Source: a virus (Duplodnaviria > Caudoviricetes). From it: 64,000 nucleotides of DNA. Each line of letters begins with the position of its first letter. Position 1 is the stretch's first letter. The notes under the pieces are model-generated. The model was not told where the DNA came from. It was given only the letters and a program-made list of their open reading frames with translations, and searched no databases. Positions 1-9,334 of the stretch are shown piece by piece. Location: IMG/VR virus record IMGVR_UViG_3300020316_000005, positions 32,001 to 96,000 of that record; one strand, written 5' to 3'. A program made the position numbers and the translations under genes.

Positions 1-1204
1 CAATCTCTTTAGTGTTGAAATCATTTTTCAGTTTCTGGAGATACTCTTTCTCTCCCTGAATGTCGGGTTGATTGTTCAACTCTCGAACCTGAGCAATGAT
101 GTCAGTGTTCTGTCGCATCAAACGTTGTTCTTCATTGAACAAACGCTTCACCTCAAATTGCATCTCGGTGATGTTCTCACATTCCTTACGGAAGTCTGCA
201 ACAAGTTGATTTGTTTTGTCAATCTCTTCTCTCAACTGCGACACAGCAGTATTGAGTTCTTCCCGTTTAGCACCAAGTTCTTTCATCTTAGTGCTACGAA
301 GTTCTTCGCCAATGCTTTGAGAACAGGTTGGGCATTGGTCAGTGTTGCTAAAGAACTCGTAATCATTATCGAGTCTTTGTTTCTTAGAACCAATCTTAGT
401 TCTAATAGTCTGCTGCTTCAGCAACTTGTCTTCTGTTTTCCTGAGGTTGAAAGAACTATCTTCCATAACCTTCAGTTGCTTGTCGAATTCGGAGATCTCA
501 TTTTTGATCTCAATCATCCGATCTTCGTTCTCAGCAAACTTCTTCTGGAACCAGTTGATCCTGTCTTGGTTTGCACCAGTCAGTTTCTCCAGGTTTCTTT
601 CCTGAGAGGTGATTGCTTGAGAAGCGAGTTCCAGTTGATGCTGACACTCCTTCAGTGTTTGGTTAGTTTCTTTTACCCGATCCTTTAGCAGGAAATTCAT
701 CTGGGAGAAGATTTGAATATCGAGAATATCTTCGATAACTTCTCTTCGATGAGCAGCAGACAACTGCATAAAAGGAACAAAAGTTGAACTACCAAGAATA
801 ACAACTTGAGTGAAAGACTTGTAGTTAAGTTTAAGTATGCTCTGCTCAAGGTACTTTTGATAGTCCCTATTTGCGGCATCTTGATCAATAAGGGATCCGT
901 TACGGTAAACCTCAAAGACATTTGGTTTGATTCCTCTTACTACCTTGTACTCTACACTACCGATTCTAAACTCAATCTCAACCTGAGTCTCCCGCTCGTT
1001 AACAGTGTTAACAAGTTGTGACTTGGTAATCTTGCGAAACGGTTTGTTGAAGAGACAGAAGCACAAGGCGTCCAGCATAGTGGACTTACCAGCACCGTTA
1101 GATCCCACAATCAATGTGGAGTGAGTAGCGGTTAGATCGATTTCTGTAAACTGATTACCAGTCGAAAGAAAATTTTTCCAACGCAACTTCTCAAAGATAA
1201 TCAT
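1..1204 (-). CDS. g46: Recombination endonuclease ATPase subunit gp46 (SbcC/Rad50-like), 3' end outside window
   Basis: Not in ORF track. Hand translation from ATG at 1204: MIIFEKLRWKNFLSTGNQFTEIDL...GSNGAGKSTMLDALCFCLFNKPFRKITK (Walker A), followed by coiled-coil; lies downstream of g47. Confidence 0.95.
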   Translation of the reverse strand, partial: MIIFEKLRWKNFLSTGNQFTEIDLTATHSTLIVGSNGAGKSTMLDALCFCLFNKPFRKITKSQLVNTVNERETQVEIEFRIGSVEYKVVRGIKPNVFEVYRNGSLIDQDAANRDYQKYLEQSILKLNYKSFTQVVILGSSTFVPFMQLSAAHRREVIEDILDIQIFSQMNFLLKDRVKETNQTLKECQHQLELASQAITSQERNLEKLTGANQDRINWFQKKFAENEDRMIEIKNEISEFDKQLKVMEDSSFNLRKTEDKLLKQQTIRTKIGSKKQRLDNDYEFFSNTDQCPTCSQSIGEELRSTKMKELGAKREELNTAVSQLREEIDKTNQLVADFRKECENITEMQFEVKRLFNEEQRLMRQNTDIIAQVRELNNQPDIQGEKEYLQKLKNDFNTKEI

Positions 1205-1455
1205 AACGGTGGAACTACAACATCATCTGGATTGATAATCACATAATCATACTCGTGGACTTGGCAGTTTTGGACCACCAGTTCTAGTTCGACTTCTGTG
1301 ATCTCAAGACGGCGACTGAAATCAACCGCCTCAAGCATTAGATTATACCGTTCGGCGTCCTCTTTGTCAACAAAGATTTGTACTGTTTTAACACCAGTGT
1401 CGTCGTTGTTGACAGCGTAGATACCGCCCGTTTTATCGTCTAATAGAATATACAT
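1201..1455 (-). CDS. Hypothetical protein between g47 and g46 (84 aa)
   Basis: ORF with coupled start/stop overlaps to both neighbours. Confidence 0.8.
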   Translation of the reverse strand: MYILLDDKTGGIYAVNNDDTGVKTVQIFVDKEDAERYNLMLEAVDFSRRLEITEVELELVVQNCQVHEYDYVIINPDDVVVPPL

Positions 1456-2501
1456 TAGAGATCTAATGCCTCAACGTAGAGTGATTTTAGAATTGATGTG
1501 ACATTTTTCTTGTCAATCGCCTCTTCCAATCCCTCAACGTAAGTTTCCAGAATAGTCATCGTGTCTTCCATCTTGATGGAATCGTCAACGTCTTCTAATT
1601 CAACGGTGACATCTTCGATGATTTTTAGATCAGCAACGTCAGCATCATTCAATGCTTTGATATACCGATCAAACCAAACTTGGTTTTCTCTATTCTGGAC
1701 GACAACTTTGACGTATGAACCCTTCAGGTTTTTGAAGTCTGGGAGTTCTTCATAGTTATCTTTCACGTCATCATACCATAGTTTATTGAAGATGGTATAA
1801 GGATTCTTGTGGAAAGAAAGAGTCAGAGTGTCAGTATTTAGGATGTGAAAACCACGGGTGTGTCCAAAGTCATTCCAATAAAGTTGGTAAGGATTACCAA
1901 GGTATTGGATGTTACCTTGACGTGATTTCATATGGAAGTGTCCAGAGCAGGTGAGATCAAACTTCTCAAATGGTTCTGGATCCATCCCGTGTTCCATACG
2001 AACTCCAGGGACTGCTTCAAATCCCGTGAGTTCAAGGTGTCCAAGACAGACTTTCGCTTTGCTGTCTGCAACAACATTCATACATTCCTTCTTGTTTTCC
2101 TCACACATCCAGGGAAGAAGAAGGAAGTCCGTCTTGTCAAATTTGGTATGCGTAGGTTGATCAATAACAGTGATGTTATCAAACTCACCCAGCAAGTGAG
2201 ACGGTGCATTTACTTTGACGGTGTTCTTGTAATAGATGTCGTGGTTACCCAGAATCATATACAAGTTGACGCCAAGTTCAGCAAGCGGTTTGAACCACAT
2301 TTGCTTAGCAGCATCAAGAGAAAGAAAGTTGATGCTTTTGCGTTTGTCAAATGTGTCCCCTAAGCAGATAACAGTTTTGATTTTGTTACGCTTAATATAT
2401 GGGATGACTGTCTTGGTGTAAAACTCTCTGTACTTATCAATGAATACCTGATTGTCATTACGGACGCCGAAGTGTTGGTCTGTAATAAGGAGGATCTTCA
2501 T
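1455..2501 (-). CDS. g47: Recombination endonuclease nuclease subunit gp47 (SbcD/Mre11-like)
   Basis: Metallophosphoesterase motifs ITDQHFG, LGDTFD, GNHD, GHFH, YLGNPYQ; synteny. Confidence 0.95.
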   Translation of the reverse strand: MKILLITDQHFGVRNDNQVFIDKYREFYTKTVIPYIKRNKIKTVICLGDTFDKRKSINFLSLDAAKQMWFKPLAELGVNLYMILGNHDIYYKNTVKVNAPSHLLGEFDNITVIDQPTHTKFDKTDFLLLPWMCEENKKECMNVVADSKAKVCLGHLELTGFEAVPGVRMEHGMDPEPFEKFDLTCSGHFHMKSRQGNIQYLGNPYQLYWNDFGHTRGFHILNTDTLTLSFHKNPYTIFNKLWYDDVKDNYEELPDFKNLKGSYVKVVVQNRENQVWFDRYIKALNDADVADLKIIEDVTVELEDVDDSIKMEDTMTILETYVEGLEEAIDKKNVTSILKSLYVEALDL

Positions 2502-2635
2502 CGACTAAGTTCTTCTACGAGTTTACTAGATTTTTCAAGTTGGGCGAGTGCTTTAACGAGTTCAGGAGTTTCTTCCCATTCCCAGTGTTGCTTGTGTTGA
2601 GGATTTGTCTTCTCAATGATGAGTTGCTTTTTCAT
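2498..2635 (-). CDS. Small hypothetical protein (45 aa, MKKQLIIEKTNPQHKQHWEWEETPELVKALAQLEKSSKLVEELSR)
   Basis: Hand-translated, below ORF-track cutoff; fills the gap exactly with 4-nt ATGA overlaps at both ends. Confidence 0.75.
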   Translation of the reverse strand: MKKQLIIEKTNPQHKQHWEWEETPELVKALAQLEKSSKLVEELSR

Positions 2636-2949
2636 AATTTACCTCCGACAATACCGTCGTTAATGGTGCGTGTGTAATCATCAAGTGATCCATCCTGTAG
2701 ACACTTGAGATGCCATCTAGAAACTGTCAAGACAGCATCATATGTAGCACCTGTGATAAAGTTGGCACCAAGAATTGGTTCCTTCAAAACACTGGTGTAC
2801 ATACCAAAACGTGTCTTCTTAATATAGAAGGCGTTATCGATCCATTCTACATCATCAGGGATCTTCTTTTCAACCGTCGGATTCGGACCCAGAGAGGTCA
2901 GGATCGACTGCTTCTTCTTCACTTCCTGCATTTTGTTTGTTGAATCCAA
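2632..2949 (-). CDS. Hypothetical protein (start may be 2931)
   Basis: ORF in co-directional operon; overlaps the 3' end of the upstream ORF. Confidence 0.7.
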   Translation of the reverse strand: MDSTNKMQEVKKKQSILTSLGPNPTVEKKIPDDVEWIDNAFYIKKTRFGMYTSVLKEPILGANFITGATYDAVLTVSRWHLKCLQDGSLDDYTRTINDGIVGGKL

Positions 2950-3136
2950 ATGGTCCTACCTTCTGTTTAGCGCGGTCTTTCATAACAGCACCCGAGAGTG
3001 CTTCCATAACTTTCAGAATGTCTTCTGCTTTTTTTGTGACGCCAAGACGGTCTGCCACAAAGTTATATTTCTGGAAAAACTCGTCGCTAACCAACTTGTA
3101 GTCTTCCACTGTAATAGGTTCGTCCTTCATAGTCAA
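2870..3136 (-). CDS. Hypothetical protein downstream of g55
   Basis: ATGA overlap with the g55 stop. Confidence 0.75.
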   Translation of the reverse strand: MTMKDEPITVEDYKLVSDEFFQKYNFVADRLGVTKKAEDILKVMEALSGAVMKDRAKQKVGPFGFNKQNAGSEEEAVDPDLSGSESDG

Positions 3137-3612
3137 TACCTGTTGTTCATTTCAATTCGAGACTTGATGGAGTTCAATGTAGATGCGTCTCCATCTCCAT
3201 CAGAATGGAAGACCTGATCGTAACCAGACTTTTCAATGATCTTATCTTTAATATCCATCTGTCGCTTCTCTTTAGCAATCCTTCTTAGGAAAGCATAGTA
3301 TACAATCTGTGTGAAATATGCAAATGGGTTTCTGCTCTTTGCAGGATCGAAGTTATCAATATACTGTACACAGTTCTCTACACCATCAGAAATCATATCT
3401 TCCTTGTACATATAGTTAATGAAGTTAGGTCTATATGACAGGTGTGTGGCGATCTTTAGAAAACAGTCACCGATATATTCATCGATACGAGGTTTCTTCG
3501 TACCACGAATTTTAGACAGCTCAACTTTTTCACGGTAAGCAATGATTGCCGCAAGGAACTGTTGGTTATCAACGTAGTGTTGGCTCTTTTTTCTTTCCAT
3601 TAACAAAGGCAT
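3133..3612 (-). CDS. g55: Late-transcription sigma factor gp55
   Basis: HYVDNQQFL, YIGDCFLKIATHLSYRPNFINYMYKEDMISDGVENC, NPFAYFTQIVYYAFLRRI are typical gp55 motifs. Confidence 0.96.
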   Translation of the reverse strand: MPLLMERKKSQHYVDNQQFLAAIIAYREKVELSKIRGTKKPRIDEYIGDCFLKIATHLSYRPNFINYMYKEDMISDGVENCVQYIDNFDPAKSRNPFAYFTQIVYYAFLRRIAKEKRQMDIKDKIIEKSGYDQVFHSDGDGDASTLNSIKSRIEMNNRY

Positions 3613-3637
3613 TTACTTGTACCCGTTTCATAACAAA

Positions 3638-3666
3638 AGTATATCAGAAAACCAAGGACTTGACAA
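3638..3666 (-). promoter_or_regulatory. Sigma70-type promoter driving g55 (TTGTCA-N17-TATACT)
   Basis: -35 at 3666-3661, 17-bp spacer, -10 at 3643-3638, about 25 bp upstream of the g55 ATG. Confidence 0.75.
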
Positions 3667-3688
3667 GACCTAATAATTTAATTATACT
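3660..3688 (+). promoter_or_regulatory. Sigma70-type promoter on the antisense strand (TTGACA-N17-TATACT)
   Basis: Perfect -35 at 3660-3665, 17-bp AT-rich spacer, TATACT at 3683-3688. Confidence 0.6.
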
Positions 3689-3715
3689 CAACACTGTCAG
3701 GGTTGGAAAGAGACA

Positions 3716-4162
3716 TTAGCTATTATCTGAGTTAAACAGATCTTCTAACATCTTTCTGTGTTGGTCAACTTTACCAAGGAACCCCATTGAGTCGTTTAGA
3801 TCGCGGGCGTCTTTGGATGCTGCTTTGACATCGGTTCCTCCGCCCAGTTCGGTTCTGACAAAATACTTATACATCAACATCGCCTCGTGGGACATCGGCG
3901 CGATGGTGACGATTCTATCTTGAGGGATAATAAAGAAGTCTTCATCAGAGAAGACCATCCATTTTTTCAATCCAACAGCAACTGCTCTCTTCTCATCTTT
4001 CATTGTCTCAGTTGCGTGAACCTTTGCAGGGTCCTGCACAAATGCTACGTGTGTACCTTCAGATTCTTCAACTACAATAGTGCGAGCGAGTACCTCTTCA
4101 CCGTTCGTCAATTTGAGAACGCCAAAGAACTCTTCATCAGGTCTTACATAGTTTAGAGACAT
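3716..4162 (-). CDS. Hypothetical protein between uvsW and g55, possible Sm-like fold
   Basis: 148 aa; KLTNGEEVLA...QDPAKV...LKKWMVFSDEDFFIIPQDRIV pattern. Confidence 0.75.
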   Translation of the reverse strand: MSLNYVRPDEEFFGVLKLTNGEEVLARTIVVEESEGTHVAFVQDPAKVHATETMKDEKRAVAVGLKKWMVFSDEDFFIIPQDRIVTIAPMSHEAMLMYKYFVRTELGGGTDVKAASKDARDLNDSMGFLGKVDQHRKMLEDLFNSDNS

Positions 4163-4166
4163 ACGT

Positions 4167-5633
4167 TTAGTTTCCTCCTAATTTGATCTCTGTGATTGAG
4201 TAGTCAAACTTTTCATCCTTGTAAATGCGGATACGTTCAACCAAGTGATTCAAAGTTGCGTTACGAAAACGCCCATTGCTAATATCATCAGCGAAATCAT
4301 ATAGAGTTGCGCGACCTTTAGAGTCGTGCGTTCTGAGAGCTCTACCTATAGATTGTAAGTTTCGTATTCTTGATTTAGATGGGGATGCAAATATTACGTT
4401 GTGTAGGTTTTTAATATTGATACCAGTTGAGAAAGTACCGTATGAAGCAAGAATGATGGCGTTGTCACTTTGCTCACATATGCTGCGAATCTCTTCTCGT
4501 TCTTCAGTGGGGACACCACCGTGTACGAAGAAAAGTTTTTTACCTTCCCCACGACTATTTAGCAGGTCCCAAAGTGGGTCTCCGTGTTTTTCCACGTAGT
4601 TGAATAGGATCAGCGTGTTGCCAGTTAGATCCCGCGCAAGTCCTGTGATGATTTTGTTGCGTTTTTCGTGAGAGATGATATAGTTCATCTCGTCGTGATA
4701 ACTATCAAACCCAATATAATCGTGCTTACACACTAGGATATTGATCTTCAGGTCAGACAATGCGCCACGTTCCTGTAGATCCTTAGTTCTGATATTACGA
4801 TTCACTTGTCCGAATACACCTTCCAGTTGTAACTGGTGAGATTGCATTCCATCTAACGTGCCAGTCAAACCAATACGATGATTGGCATCGTGACACTTGT
4901 TCAGGATTGATGTTAGGGACTTTGCTTTGAAGAGGTGCGCTTCATCACCGATAACAACATCAAACCTATTAAAGTAATTCTTAGGCTCTTTGTAGATAGA
5001 TTGCCACGTAGATATGACGACAGGACTTGTGACATAACGGTCTTGCCCTCCATAGATCTTACTGACGTAATGCTTTGCGTTCCATCCATACTCTTGAAAG
5101 TCTTGATAAAGTTGTTCAACCAAAGAGGTTGTGGGAACAATGATTAGAATCTCGCGGTTGAACTGTAAGTGCCAACGTACGAGACTGTAGATAATCAGAG
5201 ATTTCCCAGACCCAGTGGGTGATAGTAAGAGTCTACGGCGATGTCGAAGTGCGCTATAAATTGATTGCAGTTGGTAATCTCTTGCCTTGAAAGGCAGACG
5301 TAGAGATCTAACAAAACCCGCAACTGCCTCAGGTGATATGCTGACATCTTGGTCCCCAGGTGTTCCATAATACTTAGACTCCTCAATGGTATATTCGTAG
5401 CCTTTTGTTTCAAGCCACTCAGTTAGGTATGGAAACAATCCCACGTGAAGTTCTCCAGTGCCAGGAGAGTACAAACGGATGTGTCCGTCCCATCTCTTAT
5501 ACCTGCGTTGCTTCTGGAGAAACTTCGCTTCGGGTACCTCAAACTTAAAGTATTCTGAGAGTTCCTGGTGGATATGTAAGTCTGTTCTAATCTTGAGGAA
5601 TACTTCGTTCTTCTTCTCAATAATCGTCATCAT
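4167..5633 (-). CDS. uvsW: RNA-DNA/DNA-DNA helicase UvsW
   Basis: SPTGSGKS Walker A, DEAH box, GLTGT, STGINIKNLHN, QSIGR. Confidence 0.96.
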   Translation of the reverse strand: MMTIIEKKNEVFLKIRTDLHIHQELSEYFKFEVPEAKFLQKQRRYKRWDGHIRLYSPGTGELHVGLFPYLTEWLETKGYEYTIEESKYYGTPGDQDVSISPEAVAGFVRSLRLPFKARDYQLQSIYSALRHRRRLLLSPTGSGKSLIIYSLVRWHLQFNREILIIVPTTSLVEQLYQDFQEYGWNAKHYVSKIYGGQDRYVTSPVVISTWQSIYKEPKNYFNRFDVVIGDEAHLFKAKSLTSILNKCHDANHRIGLTGTLDGMQSHQLQLEGVFGQVNRNIRTKDLQERGALSDLKINILVCKHDYIGFDSYHDEMNYIISHEKRNKIITGLARDLTGNTLILFNYVEKHGDPLWDLLNSRGEGKKLFFVHGGVPTEEREEIRSICEQSDNAIILASYGTFSTGINIKNLHNVIFASPSKSRIRNLQSIGRALRTHDSKGRATLYDFADDISNGRFRNATLNHLVERIRIYKDEKFDYSITEIKLGGN

Positions 5634-6052
5634 ACAGGAAACTCAAACCGCTTTGCATCAATCGCGTTCTTCACTTGGAATCCGCGATTGTTAATCATCT
5701 TGAGAATGTTCTCAATGTAATTTATGCAAGTTTCAAAGTATGCGATTTTGAGTTGCTGTTTTTGAATGTCCTCATCACTCTCAAGGAATGTGTTAATATC
5801 TCCCTTAAGAACTTTTAGATCAAATGCTTCTCCGTCGTCGTTGCACGTCTTACCGTTGTACCACAACCACTTCTCACGCCAAATCCTCTTGAGTTTCATC
5901 TTTTCATCCTCAAGAATCAATTTGTATTTGTTGAAGTATACGAAGTATTTTTGATGTAGTCTGGGTATGACTAGAGATTCCTCTCCCAGATTCATCTCAT
6001 CAAACAGACAGTCCTTTGCCCAGGACTGCTGCAATTCATCAAGTAGTGCCAT
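5630..6052 (-). CDS. uvsY: Recombination mediator UvsY
   Basis: LHQKY, KWLWYNGK, INNRGFQVKNAID; adjacent to uvsW. Confidence 0.92.
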   Translation of the reverse strand: MALLDELQQSWAKDCLFDEMNLGEESLVIPRLHQKYFVYFNKYKLILEDEKMKLKRIWREKWLWYNGKTCNDDGEAFDLKVLKGDINTFLESDEDIQKQQLKIAYFETCINYIENILKMINNRGFQVKNAIDAKRFEFPV

Positions 6053-6055
6053 AAT

Positions 6056-6619
6056 TTATTTTAGTTTGGCAACTCGTGTGCCATCAAGTGTTTGGATTTC
6101 GTATGATAGGAAGTCGAAGGTTGCTTGCGCTTGGAAATACTCTTGATCACCTAAAGTTGCATCAAAGTCGAGTGTACTAAGATCAACAGGTTTCAGATCT
6201 TGGAATACAACATTGAACTTTGGATTGAAGTTTGAATCTAAGATGCTCAGAGTTCCATCAGCAAAACGGAAGTCTGATCCCAAATCACGGTTTCGTGAAG
6301 TGGTATTAGCTTCAAGTTCAAATTCTGCTCGCTCGGAGAATCTATCTGGAACACCAAGTGCTCTCATCCAGTTATGGAGGATGATATAGTTTTCGAGATC
6401 CTCGTCCACAATGAACGTAAGGTTCAACCTACTGTAAGAAATTGTTCCGTCAATGAATGTTTCACGGTACGGGGTAGGCGCTTGAACCATAGACAACTGC
6501 ATACCAGGTATGCTTGCCATTTGTGCAAAGTATGCAACCTTAGGATACTTTGCCAGGGTAAAACGGAAACCACCTGGGGAAAGAAAGTTTCTATTGCTGA
6601 TTTGAGTAGCGAATGACAT
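6056..6619 (-). CDS. g3: Tail completion / tail tube terminator gp3
   Basis: NRNFLSPGGFRF, FIVDEDLENY..LHNWMRALG, tube-like fold pattern; position between g23 and uvsY. Confidence 0.85.
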   Translation of the reverse strand: MSFATQISNRNFLSPGGFRFTLAKYPKVAYFAQMASIPGMQLSMVQAPTPYRETFIDGTISYSRLNLTFIVDEDLENYIILHNWMRALGVPDRFSERAEFELEANTTSRNRDLGSDFRFADGTLSILDSNFNPKFNVVFQDLKPVDLSTLDFDATLGDQEYFQAQATFDFLSYEIQTLDGTRVAKLK

Positions 6620-6645
6620 TTGCTATATTAGTGGTCTCCGTACTC

Positions 6646-6653
6646 TATTTAGT
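6646..6653 (-). promoter_or_regulatory. gp55 late promoter (ACTAAATA) upstream of g3
   Basis: TAAATA core of the T4 late consensus TATAAATA. Confidence 0.6.
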
Positions 6654-6813
6654 ACCGATACTCCTCAATAATGTTCAGGACTTTGTTGAGCATCTCGTGT
6701 GCACCGTCGTGGAAGTCTCCATTCTTGTGCTGGTAGTTTCCGTTGTAGAGCATATGCTTGAGCTTGAGGACGCGACATTCCATTTCCTTTCGTGTCATTC
6801 CATTCCTTGGCAT
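6649..6813 (-). CDS. Small hypothetical protein (54 aa, MPRNGMTRKEMECRVLKLKHMLYNGNYQHKNGDFHDGAHEMLNKVLNIIEEYRY; may start at 6828)
   Basis: Hand-translated; lies between the g23 terminator/late promoter and g3. Confidence 0.75.
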   Translation of the reverse strand: MPRNGMTRKEMECRVLKLKHMLYNGNYQHKNGDFHDGAHEMLNKVLNIIEEYRY

Positions 6814-6834
6814 AGGTACTAGCATCATATCATT

Positions 6835-6842
6835 TATTTACA
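6835..6842 (-). promoter_or_regulatory. Late promoter (TGTAAATA)
   Basis: TAAATA core immediately after the g23 terminator. Confidence 0.5.
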
Positions 6843-6843
6843 C

Positions 6844-6868
6844 AAAAAAAGGACCCCGAAGGGTCCTT
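6844..6868 (-). terminator. Intrinsic terminator after g23
   Basis: GGACCC-UUCG-GGGUCC hairpin followed by U7. Confidence 0.92.
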
Positions 6869-6893
6869 GTGTGTTGAATATATGACCAACGGA

Positions 6894-8240
6894 TCACATA
6901 AGGTTGTCAACCAGAACACGTCTGTAGTAACGGTTAGCGTTAGCGGTGAGTGCACCACTACCCTGGGAGGTACCTTCTGCGAAGGGGTTAGCAACGAGAC
7001 CGTATCTGGTCTTGAAGCCGATCTTCGGCTGGAAGGTGTCCTGACCAACGGCGCGAACCATCTGCAGAGGCACGTAAGGGCAGTAGAAGAGACCTGCGTC
7101 ATATGCACTGCTACCTTTGTAACCTGCCACATAGAAGTGACGGTCAGAAACGTTAGCAGAGTAAGGATCGACGTAGACCTTAATACGACCGTTAAGAGTA
7201 CCTGCGAGGGTGCTGCTGTTGTCGTCGGGGAGCAGGTTGCTGTTACCAGCAAGTGCGGGGGTGTAGTCAAGAACACCAGCCATAGACAGAGCAGATGCCA
7301 CATCAGCGGAGCAGATGAGGATGTTGCCCTTTCCACGACGAGTCTCGTGACCGATTGCGTTCATATCTCTCTCAATCTGGAAGAGGAGACCCTTGAACTT
7401 CTCAACAGACCAGCGACCGTTGGAGTCAACGTCGAGGTCGAAGATACCTGCAGTTGCAGTGTTGTTCTGAGCGCCAGGACGAGCGATCTTGTAGACAGTT
7501 CTAACAACTTCTCTGTTGATCTCAGCGAGAACTTCAGTAGAAAGGATGTTAGCGAGTTCGCTCTCAGCATCCAGACCGTGAACTGCTTTCAGGTCTTGAG
7601 CAAGTTCCAAGCTGTACTCAGCTTTCAGTGCTCTGGACTTAGCAGTCACAGTGACCTTCTCGATGGAGAAGTTCATTTCTGCGAACTGGTTACCTGCAGC
7701 ATCACCCAGTGCTTCTGCCTCGGCGGTAGGCATACCGTCGGAGGTGTTGTAGGTGCCGCTGTCGTTCAGCAGACCAGGGTTGCTACCTGCCTGAGCAGTT
7801 CTACCCAGATCAGATGCTGCGTTCTCTGCGGAGAACTCGGTGTCTGCCTCGTTGAAGAATGCTTCAGTACCAGCAGTACGGTTGGTGCCATAACGGGAGC
7901 GCATTGCGAAGATCAGACCAGTAGGTCCAGTCATCGGTTGCACACCTGCGATGTCATAAGCAATCAGCTTAGGCATCGAACGGCGAATGAGGCTAATCAG
8001 AACGGGGTCGAAACCAGCAACAGGACCAGTTGCAGTGGAAGAACCACTGAAACCAGCAGTGCCAGCAGACATTGTAGGTGCTGCTTCAGTCAGCACGCCA
8101 CGCTCTTCAGCCAGGAACTTTTCTTGGTTTTCAAGCAGGACTGCGGTTACCGCTTTCTTATAGCTATCCTTGATGGAATCAAGACCTTCGCAATTAAGAA
8201 CGGGGGACCACTTTTCCTGCAGATGCTCGGATTTGAACAT
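6894..8240 (-). CDS. g23: Major capsid protein gp23
   Basis: EKWSPVL, AVLLENQE, FDPVLISLIRR, GVQPMTGPTGLIFAMR, FQPKIGFKTRYG. Confidence 0.99.
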   Translation of the reverse strand: MFKSEHLQEKWSPVLNCEGLDSIKDSYKKAVTAVLLENQEKFLAEERGVLTEAAPTMSAGTAGFSGSSTATGPVAGFDPVLISLIRRSMPKLIAYDIAGVQPMTGPTGLIFAMRSRYGTNRTAGTEAFFNEADTEFSAENAASDLGRTAQAGSNPGLLNDSGTYNTSDGMPTAEAEALGDAAGNQFAEMNFSIEKVTVTAKSRALKAEYSLELAQDLKAVHGLDAESELANILSTEVLAEINREVVRTVYKIARPGAQNNTATAGIFDLDVDSNGRWSVEKFKGLLFQIERDMNAIGHETRRGKGNILICSADVASALSMAGVLDYTPALAGNSNLLPDDNSSTLAGTLNGRIKVYVDPYSANVSDRHFYVAGYKGSSAYDAGLFYCPYVPLQMVRAVGQDTFQPKIGFKTRYGLVANPFAEGTSQGSGALTANANRYYRRVLVDNLM

Positions 8241-8294
8241 TTGCTTTTTACCTCTTTAGGTTATAGTTTTGGAAAAATTGGTTTAATGACTAAT

Positions 8295-9287
8295 TCACTT
8301 AGTCCAGCGACGGAGCGCATCGACGTAACGTGACATCGATTCCGTCATATCGCTATCCACAACAGGTTGGACATCTTCAGCAATCGTCTCTGCTGCCGCT
8401 TGGGGCTTGCTAGAGAAATACGACTCTTTCAGAGTCTCGATTTTGCTGCGGAATGACTCTTCATCTTCAAACTCAACACCCTCTGCCAGACCAGCAAGCT
8501 TTTCCCTTTCGGTAGCTGCCAGACCCTCAGAGATCTCACTCACAATCCCATTCTTCACGAATGCACCAACCTCACGGGTCAGAGCAACGTTCTTATCGAT
8601 TTGCTCGTTGAGTTTTGCTTCCATCGAATCTAGTTCTGTCACCATCTCAGAGATGATGTCAGTTTTTTCTTCGGGAACCTCAATATGGTTCTCGACGAAT
8701 ACTTTTTTGAGACCAGCAACAACGCTCTCAGCAATCTCGGACTTCAGTCCAGTTTCGATTGCGATCTCGTTCTTGCCCATCCACTCTTGCACAGCATAAG
8801 TCAGATACTCATCGACTTGCTCTGCGAGAGAAGCTTTGACTGACTCAACCTGCTCACTGAGTGCTGTTGCATACTCACCGTGAACACGATCGAGTTCCTC
8901 GTTGAGGCGGGAAACAACTGCAGCTTCAAAGATTGTTGCTGCTTTTGCCTTGAACTCCTCACTCAGGTCCTCGCCCTCAGTCAGTGCTGCCACGTCTGCG
9001 CTCAGATCGATTTCGATCAGTTCATCACCTTCAGCATTCTCTGCTTCCACAGATTCGTGCTTCTTGGGCGATGCGTCAGAGGGCTTGGTCTTGGGCGCGG
9101 ATGCCTGGGTCTGAGAAGGAGTCTTCAGTTTGTTAGACTCATCATCAGGTTTGTTGTTTGTAGGGGTAGGACCGCCCAGGTCCTCAACCGATCCCAGCGA
9201 AGAACCATCAGCAACGGCACCGTCGAACTTAGCTTCGGTGACTTCTTGTTGTTCTTCGGAAACCATCACTTCTTTTTCTTGCGACAT
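8295..9287 (-). CDS. g22: Prohead core scaffold gp22
   Basis: LSEEFKAKAATIFEAAV, acidic coiled-coil, KESYF; synteny. Confidence 0.95.
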   Translation of the reverse strand: MSQEKEVMVSEEQQEVTEAKFDGAVADGSSLGSVEDLGGPTPTNNKPDDESNKLKTPSQTQASAPKTKPSDASPKKHESVEAENAEGDELIEIDLSADVAALTEGEDLSEEFKAKAATIFEAAVVSRLNEELDRVHGEYATALSEQVESVKASLAEQVDEYLTYAVQEWMGKNEIAIETGLKSEIAESVVAGLKKVFVENHIEVPEEKTDIISEMVTELDSMEAKLNEQIDKNVALTREVGAFVKNGIVSEISEGLAATEREKLAGLAEGVEFEDEESFRSKIETLKESYFSSKPQAAAETIAEDVQPVVDSDMTESMSRYVDALRRWTK

Positions 9288-9324
9288 TGGTTGTCTCCTT
9301 AGTAGTCTTTGCTATTCTTAGAAA

Positions 9325-9332
9325 TATTTATC
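9325..9332 (-). promoter_or_regulatory. Late promoter (GATAAATA) upstream of g22
   Basis: 7/8 match to TATAAATA, intergenic. Confidence 0.75.
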
Positions 9333-9334
9333 GT

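Noticed and set aside
6867-8333. 488-aa plus-strand ORF antisense to g23
   Set aside because: Shadow frame produced by the codon bias of a highly expressed gene; no recognisable motifs, RBS or promoter.
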